NCBI GenBank assembly: GCA_902491895.1
Contig: CABUJH010000002.1
Coordinates: 2,143-66,142, forward strand
Reading direction: 5' to 3'
From: an uncultured Collinsella sp.
Lineage (GTDB): Bacteria > Actinomycetota > Coriobacteriia > Coriobacteriales > Coriobacteriaceae
Length of the DNA stretch: 64,000 nucleotides
Below, in pieces: positions 56,601 to 64,000 of the stretch; the stretch's first letter is position 1, and each line of letters starts with the position of its first letter. The notes beneath the pieces are model-generated. The model did not search any database, was not told where the DNA came from, and worked only from the letters and a program-made list of their open reading frames with translations. Both the position numbers and the translations under genes were made by a program.

Positions 56601-59600
56601 CGCGGCCGATGAGAAGCAGGTCGGCGATATGTTCGACCTGACGAACGGACGCGAGCAGACCATCACGGCCGGCCAGACGATCCGCGTGTACGGTCTCGCC
56701 GAGGGTGACAAGTATACGGTTCAGGAGCTGACCCGCGCGGGCAAGATGCCGGCCGGCTTCACGCTGACCAAGCGCGAGCAGGGCGGCAACGCCCTGGGCG
56801 GCGAGGGCGACAGCATCGAAGGCACGATTGCGAAGCAGAACGCCAACGGCACGCTGGCCGACGCCAACAAACTGGTATTCACGAACACCTACAGCGTAAA
56901 GCTGCCGGTGACGCTCACCAATGCGTTCTGGGCGCAGAAGGTGCTCCGGGGCCGTAACTGGAAAGATGGCGATAGCTTCAAGATTTACCTGCGCGCGGAC
57001 AAGGGCACGCCGGTGCCTGACGGTGCCGGGGATGCGCCCGTGAGTGATATGAAGCAGGTTGTGAAGACCGTCGAGAACGGGGACAAGTTCGACTTCGGTA
57101 AGATTGAGTACGCCAAGCCCGGCACCTACACCTATCTCATTGCCGAGGCCACGCCGTCTCAAAACGACGCTGACTGGCTGCCCGGGTTCGGGTATTCGAG
57201 CGCTTCCTACCGCGTCACGGTGACGGTGAGCGATAACGGCGACGGCACGCTGTCGCAGCCGGCAGTCAAGATGGAGCAGACCTACACCGACGACGGCATG
57301 AGCCATGAGGACAATCCGATCGAGGTCGCTGACAAAATCGCCAAGATCACGAACACGTACCACCCGAAGGAGACCTCGGTGACGCTCAAGGCGACGAAGC
57401 GCTTCACGGGTGGCGAGCTCGCAGGGGGCGACTTCACGTTCCAGCTGCTCGACAAGGATGGCAACGTGATCCAGACCGTCCAGAATGACAAGGACGGCAA
57501 GGTCGCCTTTGCAGCCATCGACTACGCTACGCCGGGCGAGCACGACTACGCCATCAGGGAGGTTGCCGGCAACGACCCGACCATCGTCTACGACGCGAAG
57601 GACGTGAAGGTCCACGTCAAGGTCACCGACGAGAAGGGCGAGCTGAAGGCGACCGTCACATACGACGGCGAGAAGGCCGTGCCGACCTTCACCAACTCGA
57701 AGCCGACGACGGACGTTACCGTCGAGGCCACGAAGACCCTCAAGGGCAAGGACCTGACGGCCGACGCGTTCACCTTCGGCCTGTACGACCAGGACGGCAA
57801 CGAGGACGCTCGCGGCACCAACGATAAGAATGGCAAGGTCAAGCTGACCGTCAAGGGCCTGAACCTGGGCGAGTACGACTACACGCTCAAGGAGGTCGCT
57901 GGCAGCGATTCGACCATCACCTACGATTCCACGGAGGTGAGGGTTCACGTCTCGGTGAAGGCGGAGGGCGACAAGGCGAAGGCGACCGTCACTTACGACG
58001 GCAAGAACGATATCCCGACCTTCAAGAACACGTATCAGCCCGCCGAGACCTCGGTGACGCTCGCGGCGAAGAAGGCCTATGTGAAGTCCGACAGCACGCC
58101 GGCTGCGCTCAAGGGCGGCGAGTTCGCCTTCGACCTGTACGAGGGCGATCTGACGGCCGAGCAGCTGAAGGGCAAGCAACCCATCCGGAGCGCCAAGAAC
58201 GGCGAGGACGGCACCGTCACCTTCCCGGCCATCGACTACACCAAGGCCGGCGAGTACAAATACACCGTCGCGGAACAGGAGGGCGACCTGTCCCACGTGA
58301 CCTACGACGCTACGGTGCACCATGCCGTGGTGAAGGTCATGGACAATGCCGGCAAGCTGGACGCCGCTGTTACCTACGATGGTGACAAGGCCAATGCCCC
58401 CACCTTCACGAACACCTACACCGCAAAGGGATCCGTGGAGCTGACGGCGACCAAGATCGTTGCGGTCGCGCCGGGCTTCACGCACGACACCAAGCTGAAG
58501 GGCGGCGAATACACGTTCGAGCTGAAGGACGCCGACGGCAAGGTGCTCGGCACCACGACGAACAAGGCCGATGGCACGGTGAAGTTCACGCGCAAGTTCA
58601 CGCTCTCCAACCTGGGCGGCGCTGCGAGCAAGGACTTCACCTACACCATCGCGGAGAAGCCGGGCACGGAGCCGGGCATGGTCTACGACACCCATGCGCT
58701 CATCTACAAGGTGACGGTCGCGGACGATGGCACCGGCTCGCTGACGGCCACACCGCAGGTAACGAGTGGAGACAAGACCTTCACGAACACGTACCACCCG
58801 AAGGAGACCTCGGTAACGCTCAAGGCGACGAAGCGCTTCACGGGTGGCGAGCTCGCAGGGGGCGACTTCACGTTCCAGCTGCTCGACAAGGATGGCAACG
58901 TGATCCAGACCGTCCAGAATGACAAGGACGGCAAGGTCGCCTTTGCAGCCATCGACTACGCTACGCCGGGCGAGCACGACTACGCCATCAGGGAGGTTGC
59001 CGGCAACGACCCGACCGTCGTGTACGACACGAAGGACGTGAAGGTCCACGTCAAGGTCTCCGATGAGAAGGGCGAGCTGAAGGCGACCGCCACCTACGAC
59101 GGCGAGGCCGACGTTCCGACCTTCACCAACTCGAAGCCGACGACGGACGTTACCGTCGAGGCGACGAAGATCCTCACGGGCAAGGACCTGACGGCCGACG
59201 CGTTCACCTTCGGCCTGTACGACCAGGCCGGCAACGAGGTCGCCAAGGGCACCAACGACCGGGGCGGCAAGGTCGAGCTGGCCGTCAAGAACCTGAACCT
59301 GGGCGAGTACGACTACACGCTCAAGGAGGAGAAAGCCAGCCAGACCGTCGACGGCGTGGCCTACGACGCCAAGGAAGTCAAGGTCCACGTCAAGGTAGAG
59401 CAGAACCAGGGCGACAACAACAAGACGAAGGTGACCGTCACCTATGACGGTGCCGCTACGGCTCCCACCTTCAACAACACCTACGACGCAAAGGGTTCCG
59501 TAATCCTGACGGCGACCAAGACCATCAAGGTTGCGGACGGCTTCGACCACACGACGAAGCCCGCGGACGGCGAGTTCACCTTCGACCTGAAGGACGCTGC

Positions 59601-61905
59601 CGGCAACGTGCTCGACACCGCGAAGAACGATGCAAACGGCAAGGTCAGCTTCACGCGCGAGTTCCAGCTCTCCGACTTGGACGGCGCCGCGAGCAAGGAC
59701 TTCACCTACACCATCGTGGAACAGTCGGGCACGGAGCCGGGCATGGTCTACGATACCCATGCGCTCACCTACAAAGTAACGGTTAAGGACGACGGGACGG
59801 GCACGCTGAACGCGAAGGCGATCGTTACGAGCACATCAGGCCCGGAGACCTTCACCAACAACTACCAGCCGGCCGCGACCGGTCTGGCTCTCGGTGCGCA
59901 GAAGAGGTACGTGAAGAAGGACGACAACACGCCGATCGTACTCAAGGGCGGCGAGTTCACCTTCGATGTGTACGAGGGCAACCTGACGGCTGAGCAGCTG
60001 AAGGGCAAGCAGCCCATCCAGACCGCTGAGAACGGCGAGGACGGAAGCGTCAGCTTCGACGCCTTCTCCTACGCGAAGCCGGGTACTCACGAGTACACCA
60101 TCGTGGAGCGGAAGGGCGACCTGGCCTACGTGACCTACGACGATACGGTGCACCACGCCGTGGTGAAGGTCGTGGACAACGCCGGCGCGCTGCGGGCGAG
60201 CGTTGCCTACGACGGCAAGGACGCCACGAAGCCCACCTTCACCAACGCCTACAAGGCACAGGCGACGGTCTCCGGCGCGATCGCCCTCACCAAGAGCGTT
60301 GACGTGCACGACGGCAGCTATCAGCTAAAGGCGGGAGACTTCGCCTTCGAGCTGGTGGGGTCTGACGGTACGGTGCTCCAGACCCAGAAGAACGACGCCA
60401 AGGGCAAGGTTTACTTTAACGAGCTGACCTTCGACCATGCGGGCACCTTTATCTACACGGTCCGCGAGGTGCAGCCGACGGACGACGCGCCGGGCGTGCC
60501 GGGCGTGACCTACACCGGCAAGACGTACACCCTGACCTACGTGGTGAAGGACAACAACGACGGCAAGCTGGTGGTGGAGAGCTCCACGGTGATGCCGAGC
60601 GAGGGTACCGAGAACGGCGTCACCCCCAACACCATGACGTTTACGAACAGCTACCAGCCGGGCCAGACCTCCTACCAGATCTCTGGCACCAAGGTGCTTG
60701 AGAATGCCGACCCGTCCACCACGCGGACGCCCGCCGATGGCGAGTTCACGTTCGCGCTGATTGACGTGGCCACGGGGCAGGAGATCGACCGGACCAAGAA
60801 CGTGGGTAAGGCGTTTACCTTCAAGGCCATCTCGTACACTGCGACTGGTTCGCATGCGTACCAGGTGAAGGAGGTTGCGGGCCAAGATGGCACCATCACT
60901 TACAGCGATGCGGTGTTGGATGTGACGGTGAGCGTGACCGACGACGGCAGCGGCCAGCTGACCGCGACGGCGAACAAGACGGCTGCGGATCTGACCTTCA
61001 CCAACATCTACACGCCGACGGCAACGACGGCGACGATTACCGGAACGAAGGCTCTGACCGGCCGCGACTTGGCCGAGGGTGAGTTCTCCTTCGACCTGAA
61101 GGACGCCGACGGTAACGTGGTGCAGACGGTGCAGAACGGCGCCGACGGCACGTTTGGCTTCGCGCCGCTGCAGCTGGACAAGGTGGGGACGTACGTCTAC
61201 ACCGTGTCCGAGCGGGCAGGGGCGACGGCGAACGGCGTCACCTACGACACGACGGTCTTTACCGCGACGGTGACGGTGACGGAGAATGCGGAGACGCACG
61301 CGCTGGAGGCGCAGGTTGCCTACAGCAAGGGCGGCAAGGCTGCGGATGCGGTGGCATTCAGCAACAGCTACGCGCCGGCCGCGACTGAGGTGAAGCTGGG
61401 GGCCTCCAAGGTGCTGAGCGGCGAAAACCTTAAGGAAGGGCAGTTCTCCTTCCAGCTGAAGGATGCCGACGGCAAGGTGCTGCAGACCGCCAAGAACGCG
61501 GCGGACGGCACGGTGGGTTTCGAGGCGATCTCGTACGACAAGCCCGGGACGTACGCCTACAGCATCTCCGAGGTGGACGACGGTCAGAAGAACGTGACGT
61601 ACGACGCGGCCGAGCACCGGGTAACGGTGACGGTGACGGACGACGGTGCGGGCCATCTGGTGGCGACGGTAACCTATGACGGCGACGTGGCGCCGGTGTT
61701 CAAGAACACGTACACGCCGCCGACCACCCCGCCAGTCAACCCGCCGACGAATCCTCCGAGCAAGCCGCCGGTGCCGAAGGAGGAGAAGCCGGGTCTGCCG
61801 AATATGGGCGATACCAGCTTGTCGCCGATGGCCCTGGGTGGCATCGCGGGCGGCGCGGTGGTGCTGATCGCCGCAGGCGTAATCCTGCGGCGCCGGAACC
61901 GGTAG
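53617..61905 (+). CDS. Very large sortase-anchored adhesin: fibro-slime/PA14-like N-domain, SpaA-like domains, many Spy0128/FctA-type isopeptide repeats
   Basis: Signal peptide (LALAIALTASFFLPARAEA); FAGDDDVWVFIDD, FFYLERG; ~12 repeats K.L.G...FTF...N...G.V.F...Y...YD...F.N.Y; LPNMG + TM + RRRNR; GGGGAGG RBS before ATG 53617. Confidence 0.9.
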   Translation: MQELRETTSLLVNNVIGGGCPSRELPGGHRPRERWSVMSYDRRRGLHPVSPYAIVLALAIALTASFFLPARAEAAISDHTVTTISPSGTTINLFDYWVNPDDHLSVSGNGGINANHQFQFKDQGASEELNQYTGGPSPRIGIVNRVLTDGYPKLTDRWDGESLGYLFDSSTQTGKISHMGVTGLLRVKDGYYEYDSSQNYAAYNVNKNAFDVYDAAGVKQAGAEPHTVGQFFPFDAATEVFKEGDSGLVPNGITSQNVGDSQYNGSKPLNHYFGLSMSSRFVQPKGGKTNADKPMTFEFAGDDDVWVFIDDVLVGDIGGIHTSAKLTIDFQTGEIKVNDSPDGTLLSKFQEAKQDTTKGFKGNTFADGTNHTLKFFYLERGATDSNMKLKYNLVTVPESDIIKFDQDGKFVQGAKFQLYKTDKDFKNELEPLGSGTTDEAGHLTLTNDDDNGVINFDDLYNKDHSNKYYLLKETRVPEGYLSSLTATGGSMQLEYVPASAGNGAGGVIINRGGMDADSVVWKTGAFAGAKETITAPSTVYQANNDLTKVSLDSGILFAVVLKRDKSANADIKDQNNWYAVSGDPSTGMGYTLAGKPSKAGAIEAAKKDLHAFTLNTSGQYQVEIQNLPGDISKYYYLLSGDARKDAEYTVAIYYTAASSIAEADMDNTVHVFSDDLPDGKENFRRQFATRLLVSNIQNRLFVQKTDTAGKPVEGAKFGLYTADQVTTDANGKVVLKGEQTPYDTLTTGSVGNPVPLEGAGIFPNTSKEHKPLTKRTYYLKEISAPSGFLLNDTFTKVIVDDYGVHADAGTRDDGVSTFVGPGALMKSLGQFGAEGDIDNTLTWIKGVRQTSNGVTDTDGNLSWSNVDPAGAGDTVHLKYGANGRVYQYGPTEEGKPYRLETETGWIRMGITQDEQPKGTKSKGARADLRDMNNLNALFTGATCVRVANKREASLEVTKKVDVPDGLTGNKDAEFTFKFTVPKGKTYKAAVFEKAGAADEKQVGDMFDLTNGREQTITAGQTIRVYGLAEGDKYTVQELTRAGKMPAGFTLTKREQGGNALGGEGDSIEGTIAKQNANGTLADANKLVFTNTYSVKLPVTLTNAFWAQKVLRGRNWKDGDSFKIYLRADKGTPVPDGAGDAPVSDMKQVVKTVENGDKFDFGKIEYAKPGTYTYLIAEATPSQNDADWLPGFGYSSASYRVTVTVSDNGDGTLSQPAVKMEQTYTDDGMSHEDNPIEVADKIAKITNTYHPKETSVTLKATKRFTGGELAGGDFTFQLLDKDGNVIQTVQNDKDGKVAFAAIDYATPGEHDYAIREVAGNDPTIVYDAKDVKVHVKVTDEKGELKATVTYDGEKAVPTFTNSKPTTDVTVEATKTLKGKDLTADAFTFGLYDQDGNEDARGTNDKNGKVKLTVKGLNLGEYDYTLKEVAGSDSTITYDSTEVRVHVSVKAEGDKAKATVTYDGKNDIPTFKNTYQPAETSVTLAAKKAYVKSDSTPAALKGGEFAFDLYEGDLTAEQLKGKQPIRSAKNGEDGTVTFPAIDYTKAGEYKYTVAEQEGDLSHVTYDATVHHAVVKVMDNAGKLDAAVTYDGDKANAPTFTNTYTAKGSVELTATKIVAVAPGFTHDTKLKGGEYTFELKDADGKVLGTTTNKADGTVKFTRKFTLSNLGGAASKDFTYTIAEKPGTEPGMVYDTHALIYKVTVADDGTGSLTATPQVTSGDKTFTNTYHPKETSVTLKATKRFTGGELAGGDFTFQLLDKDGNVIQTVQNDKDGKVAFAAIDYATPGEHDYAIREVAGNDPTVVYDTKDVKVHVKVSDEKGELKATATYDGEADVPTFTNSKPTTDVTVEATKILTGKDLTADAFTFGLYDQAGNEVAKGTNDRGGKVELAVKNLNLGEYDYTLKEEKASQTVDGVAYDAKEVKVHVKVEQNQGDNNKTKVTVTYDGAATAPTFNNTYDAKGSVILTATKTIKVADGFDHTTKPADGEFTFDLKDAAGNVLDTAKNDANGKVSFTREFQLSDLDGAASKDFTYTIVEQSGTEPGMVYDTHALTYKVTVKDDGTGTLNAKAIVTSTSGPETFTNNYQPAATGLALGAQKRYVKKDDNTPIVLKGGEFTFDVYEGNLTAEQLKGKQPIQTAENGEDGSVSFDAFSYAKPGTHEYTIVERKGDLAYVTYDDTVHHAVVKVVDNAGALRASVAYDGKDATKPTFTNAYKAQATVSGAIALTKSVDVHDGSYQLKAGDFAFELVGSDGTVLQTQKNDAKGKVYFNELTFDHAGTFIYTVREVQPTDDAPGVPGVTYTGKTYTLTYVVKDNNDGKLVVESSTVMPSEGTENGVTPNTMTFTNSYQPGQTSYQISGTKVLENADPSTTRTPADGEFTFALIDVATGQEIDRTKNVGKAFTFKAISYTATGSHAYQVKEVAGQDGTITYSDAVLDVTVSVTDDGSGQLTATANKTAADLTFTNIYTPTATTATITGTKALTGRDLAEGEFSFDLKDADGNVVQTVQNGADGTFGFAPLQLDKVGTYVYTVSERAGATANGVTYDTTVFTATVTVTENAETHALEAQVAYSKGGKAADAVAFSNSYAPAATEVKLGASKVLSGENLKEGQFSFQLKDADGKVLQTAKNAADGTVGFEAISYDKPGTYAYSISEVDDGQKNVTYDAAEHRVTVTVTDDGAGHLVATVTYDGDVAPVFKNTYTPPTTPPVNPPTNPPSKPPVPKEEKPGLPNMGDTSLSPMALGGIAGGAVVLIAAGVILRRRNR

Positions 61906-61932
61906 CTGCGGCGGCCGAGAAGGGCTTTGATT

Positions 61933-61972
61933 GAGGGCGGGTGGTCGCAGGGCGCGGCCGCTCGCCCTTTTT
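61933..61972 (+). terminator. Intrinsic terminator after the adhesin
   Basis: GAGGGCGGGTGGTCGC-AGGG-CGCGGCCGCTCGCCCTTTTT. Confidence 0.6.
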
Positions 61973-61986
61973 GGTGAAAGGCTATG

Positions 61987-62240
61987 TTAACCCGCCGTTT
62001 GCACGTCCGGCTCCAGATGGAACTCGTACTCCGGCTCCATCATCTTCTTCCGGATCTTTTCGTAGCGCCCGTCGTCGAGCTGCTCGCGCATGAGCGACGT
62101 CCTGTCCCCGACGCGTGCGGCCTCGCGCAGCCATCTGAACCACATCAGGCAGCTGTGGAGCCTGCGGGTCGATACGCCCTTGAACCTCTCGAGGAAGTGG
62201 CCGAGCGAACCCTGCGTTTCAGCATCCTCTGGACCGTGTC
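61987..62240 (-). pseudogene. IS1595-family transposase C-terminal remnant
   Basis: GSLGHFLERFKGVSTRRLHSCLMWFRW resembles the IS1595/ISXO2 C-terminal motif (F.GVS...L..YL.WF); no intact DDE N-terminus. Confidence 0.55.
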
Positions 62241-62652
62241 CCGCTCGTACCCGGTGAGCCTGCCGTGGGTCCTCGGGACCGCCCTCGCGGCGCCCTTCCC
62301 GCCCTTTCCGGACATGGCGTCCTCCGATCTCCCGGGGCCGGCCGATCCGGCCCTCAGGGTATCGGATTCCCAAATTTATCCGTATATGTGCGGATGAATG
62401 CGGGAGGCGTTCGGATGAAGTTGTATTCAAGGAAAGAGACTGACCCTTTGTCGCATTCCGTGCGGGTTATATGCAGGTTTGCCTGCGCACGCTATCATGT
62501 ATGGATTAGACCGCAACTATGTACCCCATACACGAAGGGATGCGCATGTATCTGAAGATCGACATGCTCTAGCTGGACTTACCCCCGCAGCGGCGCCCCG
62601 CGCCCCATCAATTCTGCCGATTTTCGCCTTCACGCATATAAAGGAGTCCGTC

Positions 62653-63720
62653 ATGCGCGACAAGCTCGAAAAGATCATCAAGGCCTACGAGGAGCTCGAG
62701 AAGAAGCTTTCCGACCCGGCCGTCGCCTCCGATATCAAGGAGTTCACGCGTCTCAACAAGGAGTACGCGCACCAGTCCGACCTCATTGCCGCCTCGCGCG
62801 AGTACATCGGCGCGCTCGATGACATCGAGGCTGCCAAGGAAATGCTGCACGATACCACCGATGCCGATGAGAAGGAGATGCTCCAGATGGACATCTCCGA
62901 AAACGAGGCCAAGCTTCCCCAGCTCGAGGAAGACATCAAGTACATGCTCATCCCGAGCGACCCCAACGACGACAAGAACACCATCGTCGAGATCCGCTCC
63001 GCCGCCGGTGGCGACGAGGCGGCCATCTTCGCCGGCGATCTGTACAAGATGTACCAGCGCTTTTGCGAGTCGCGCGGCTGGAAGACTACCGTGCTCGATT
63101 CCAGCCCCAGCGAGGCCGGTGGCTTTAAGTCCATCGAGTTCAAGGTCGAGGGCGACCGCGTCTACTCCGTCATGAAGTTCGAGTCCGGCGTGCACCGCGT
63201 CCAGCGCGTTCCCAAGACTGAGTCCCAGGGCCGCATTCAGACCTCCACGGCTACCGTCGCCGTACTTCCCGAGGCCGAGGAGATCGACGTCCAGATCAAC
63301 CAGTCCGACCTGCGCATCGACACCTACTGCGCCTCCGGCCCTGGCGGTCAGTGCGTTAACACCACCTACTCCGCCGTGCGCATCACCCACCTGCCCACCA
63401 ACACCGTGGTGCAGTCGCAGGAGCAGCGTTCCCAGATCCAGAACCGCGAGGTCTGCATGCAGATGCTGCGCGCCCGTCTGTACGAGATGGAACTCGAGAA
63501 GCAGCAGGCCGAGCTCGGTGCCGAGCGCCAGAGCCAGATCGGCCACGGCAACCGTTCCGAGAAGATCCGTACCTACAACCAGCCCCAGGACCGTGTGACC
63601 GATCACCGCATCGGCTTCAACTCCACCTACAACGGCGTCCTTCTGGGCGATCAGCTCGGCACCGTCATCGAGGCGCTCGCCGCCGCCGAGCGAGCCGAGA
63701 AGCTGGCACAGGCTGTGTAG
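62653..63720 (+). CDS. prfA: Peptide chain release factor 1
   Basis: GGDEAAIFAGDL, ESGVHRVQRVPKT (PxT), GPGGQ, RSEKIRTYN; AAGGAG RBS. Confidence 0.97.
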   Translation: MRDKLEKIIKAYEELEKKLSDPAVASDIKEFTRLNKEYAHQSDLIAASREYIGALDDIEAAKEMLHDTTDADEKEMLQMDISENEAKLPQLEEDIKYMLIPSDPNDDKNTIVEIRSAAGGDEAAIFAGDLYKMYQRFCESRGWKTTVLDSSPSEAGGFKSIEFKVEGDRVYSVMKFESGVHRVQRVPKTESQGRIQTSTATVAVLPEAEEIDVQINQSDLRIDTYCASGPGGQCVNTTYSAVRITHLPTNTVVQSQEQRSQIQNREVCMQMLRARLYEMELEKQQAELGAERQSQIGHGNRSEKIRTYNQPQDRVTDHRIGFNSTYNGVLLGDQLGTVIEALAAAERAEKLAQAV

Positions 63721-63870
63721 GTTCCGCCGTTCTACCGAACGGCGGACCAGCCGACGCTGCGCGGGCCGCATTTGGACAATCTGACGTTCAACTTCAAGGG
63801 CGCGACCAGAAGGTCAGCGCCCTTTCGTTTCACGTCACCTTGTCTCAAATGCGACCCGCTCGCTGTCCGT
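63720..63870. repeat. Structured element family B, copy 2
   Basis: GGTTCCGCCGTTC-TACC-GAACGGCGGACC followed by a long nested stem capped by GACCAGAAGGTC. Confidence 0.75.
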
Positions 63871-64000
63871 CCTCTACCTGCGGCGTTCTCTTGGGTAGTC
63901 ATTGGGTATGCTCAACCTGCGGTGCCTTAGATGTAGTCATTGGGGACGTTCTTAAATGACTAGGTTGGGTAAATTACTTTTCGAGTTTATTTAATCTGTT

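Noticed and set aside
55963..59760. 1265-aa - strand ORF
   Set aside because: Antisense shadow of the adhesin's repetitive coding sequence.
61987..62430. Active IS element
   Set aside because: Only a C-terminal transposase-like fragment is visible, with no intact catalytic domain or clear terminal repeats.

Overview
High-GC window, most likely from a Coriobacteriia gut actinobacterium (Collinsella-like; inferred from gene content and codon style, not from a database search). Housekeeping genes include rlmKL, tex, a transaldolase, a pyridoxal kinase and prfA. Transport and regulation genes include ABC exporters, kup plus kdpD/kdpE-like genes, an amino-acid ABC importer and MFS permeases. There are also two large sortase-anchored surface proteins and two AAA_14/DUF4143 ATPases. 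The most notable coding locus is a prenylated-FMN (prFMN) decarboxylase cluster at 40.8-46.7 kb. It encodes an apparent fusion of an LpdD-like prFMN chaperone with a type-1 IPP-isomerase/Nudix domain, a DASS/SLC13 transporter, an LpdC/AroY-like UbiD, UbiX and a MerR regulator, with a MerR-type promoter ahead of the transporter. The intergenic DNA holds several families of palindromic elements. These are ~33-bp REP-like hairpins (one appears split around a 9-kb adhesin cassette), 61-62-bp-period hairpin arrays, and two families of 130-150-nt structured elements with compensatory base changes. The 2763-aa adhesin carries an in-frame G9 tract that may be a phase-variation switch. No rRNA, tRNA or CRISPR-cas was recognised.
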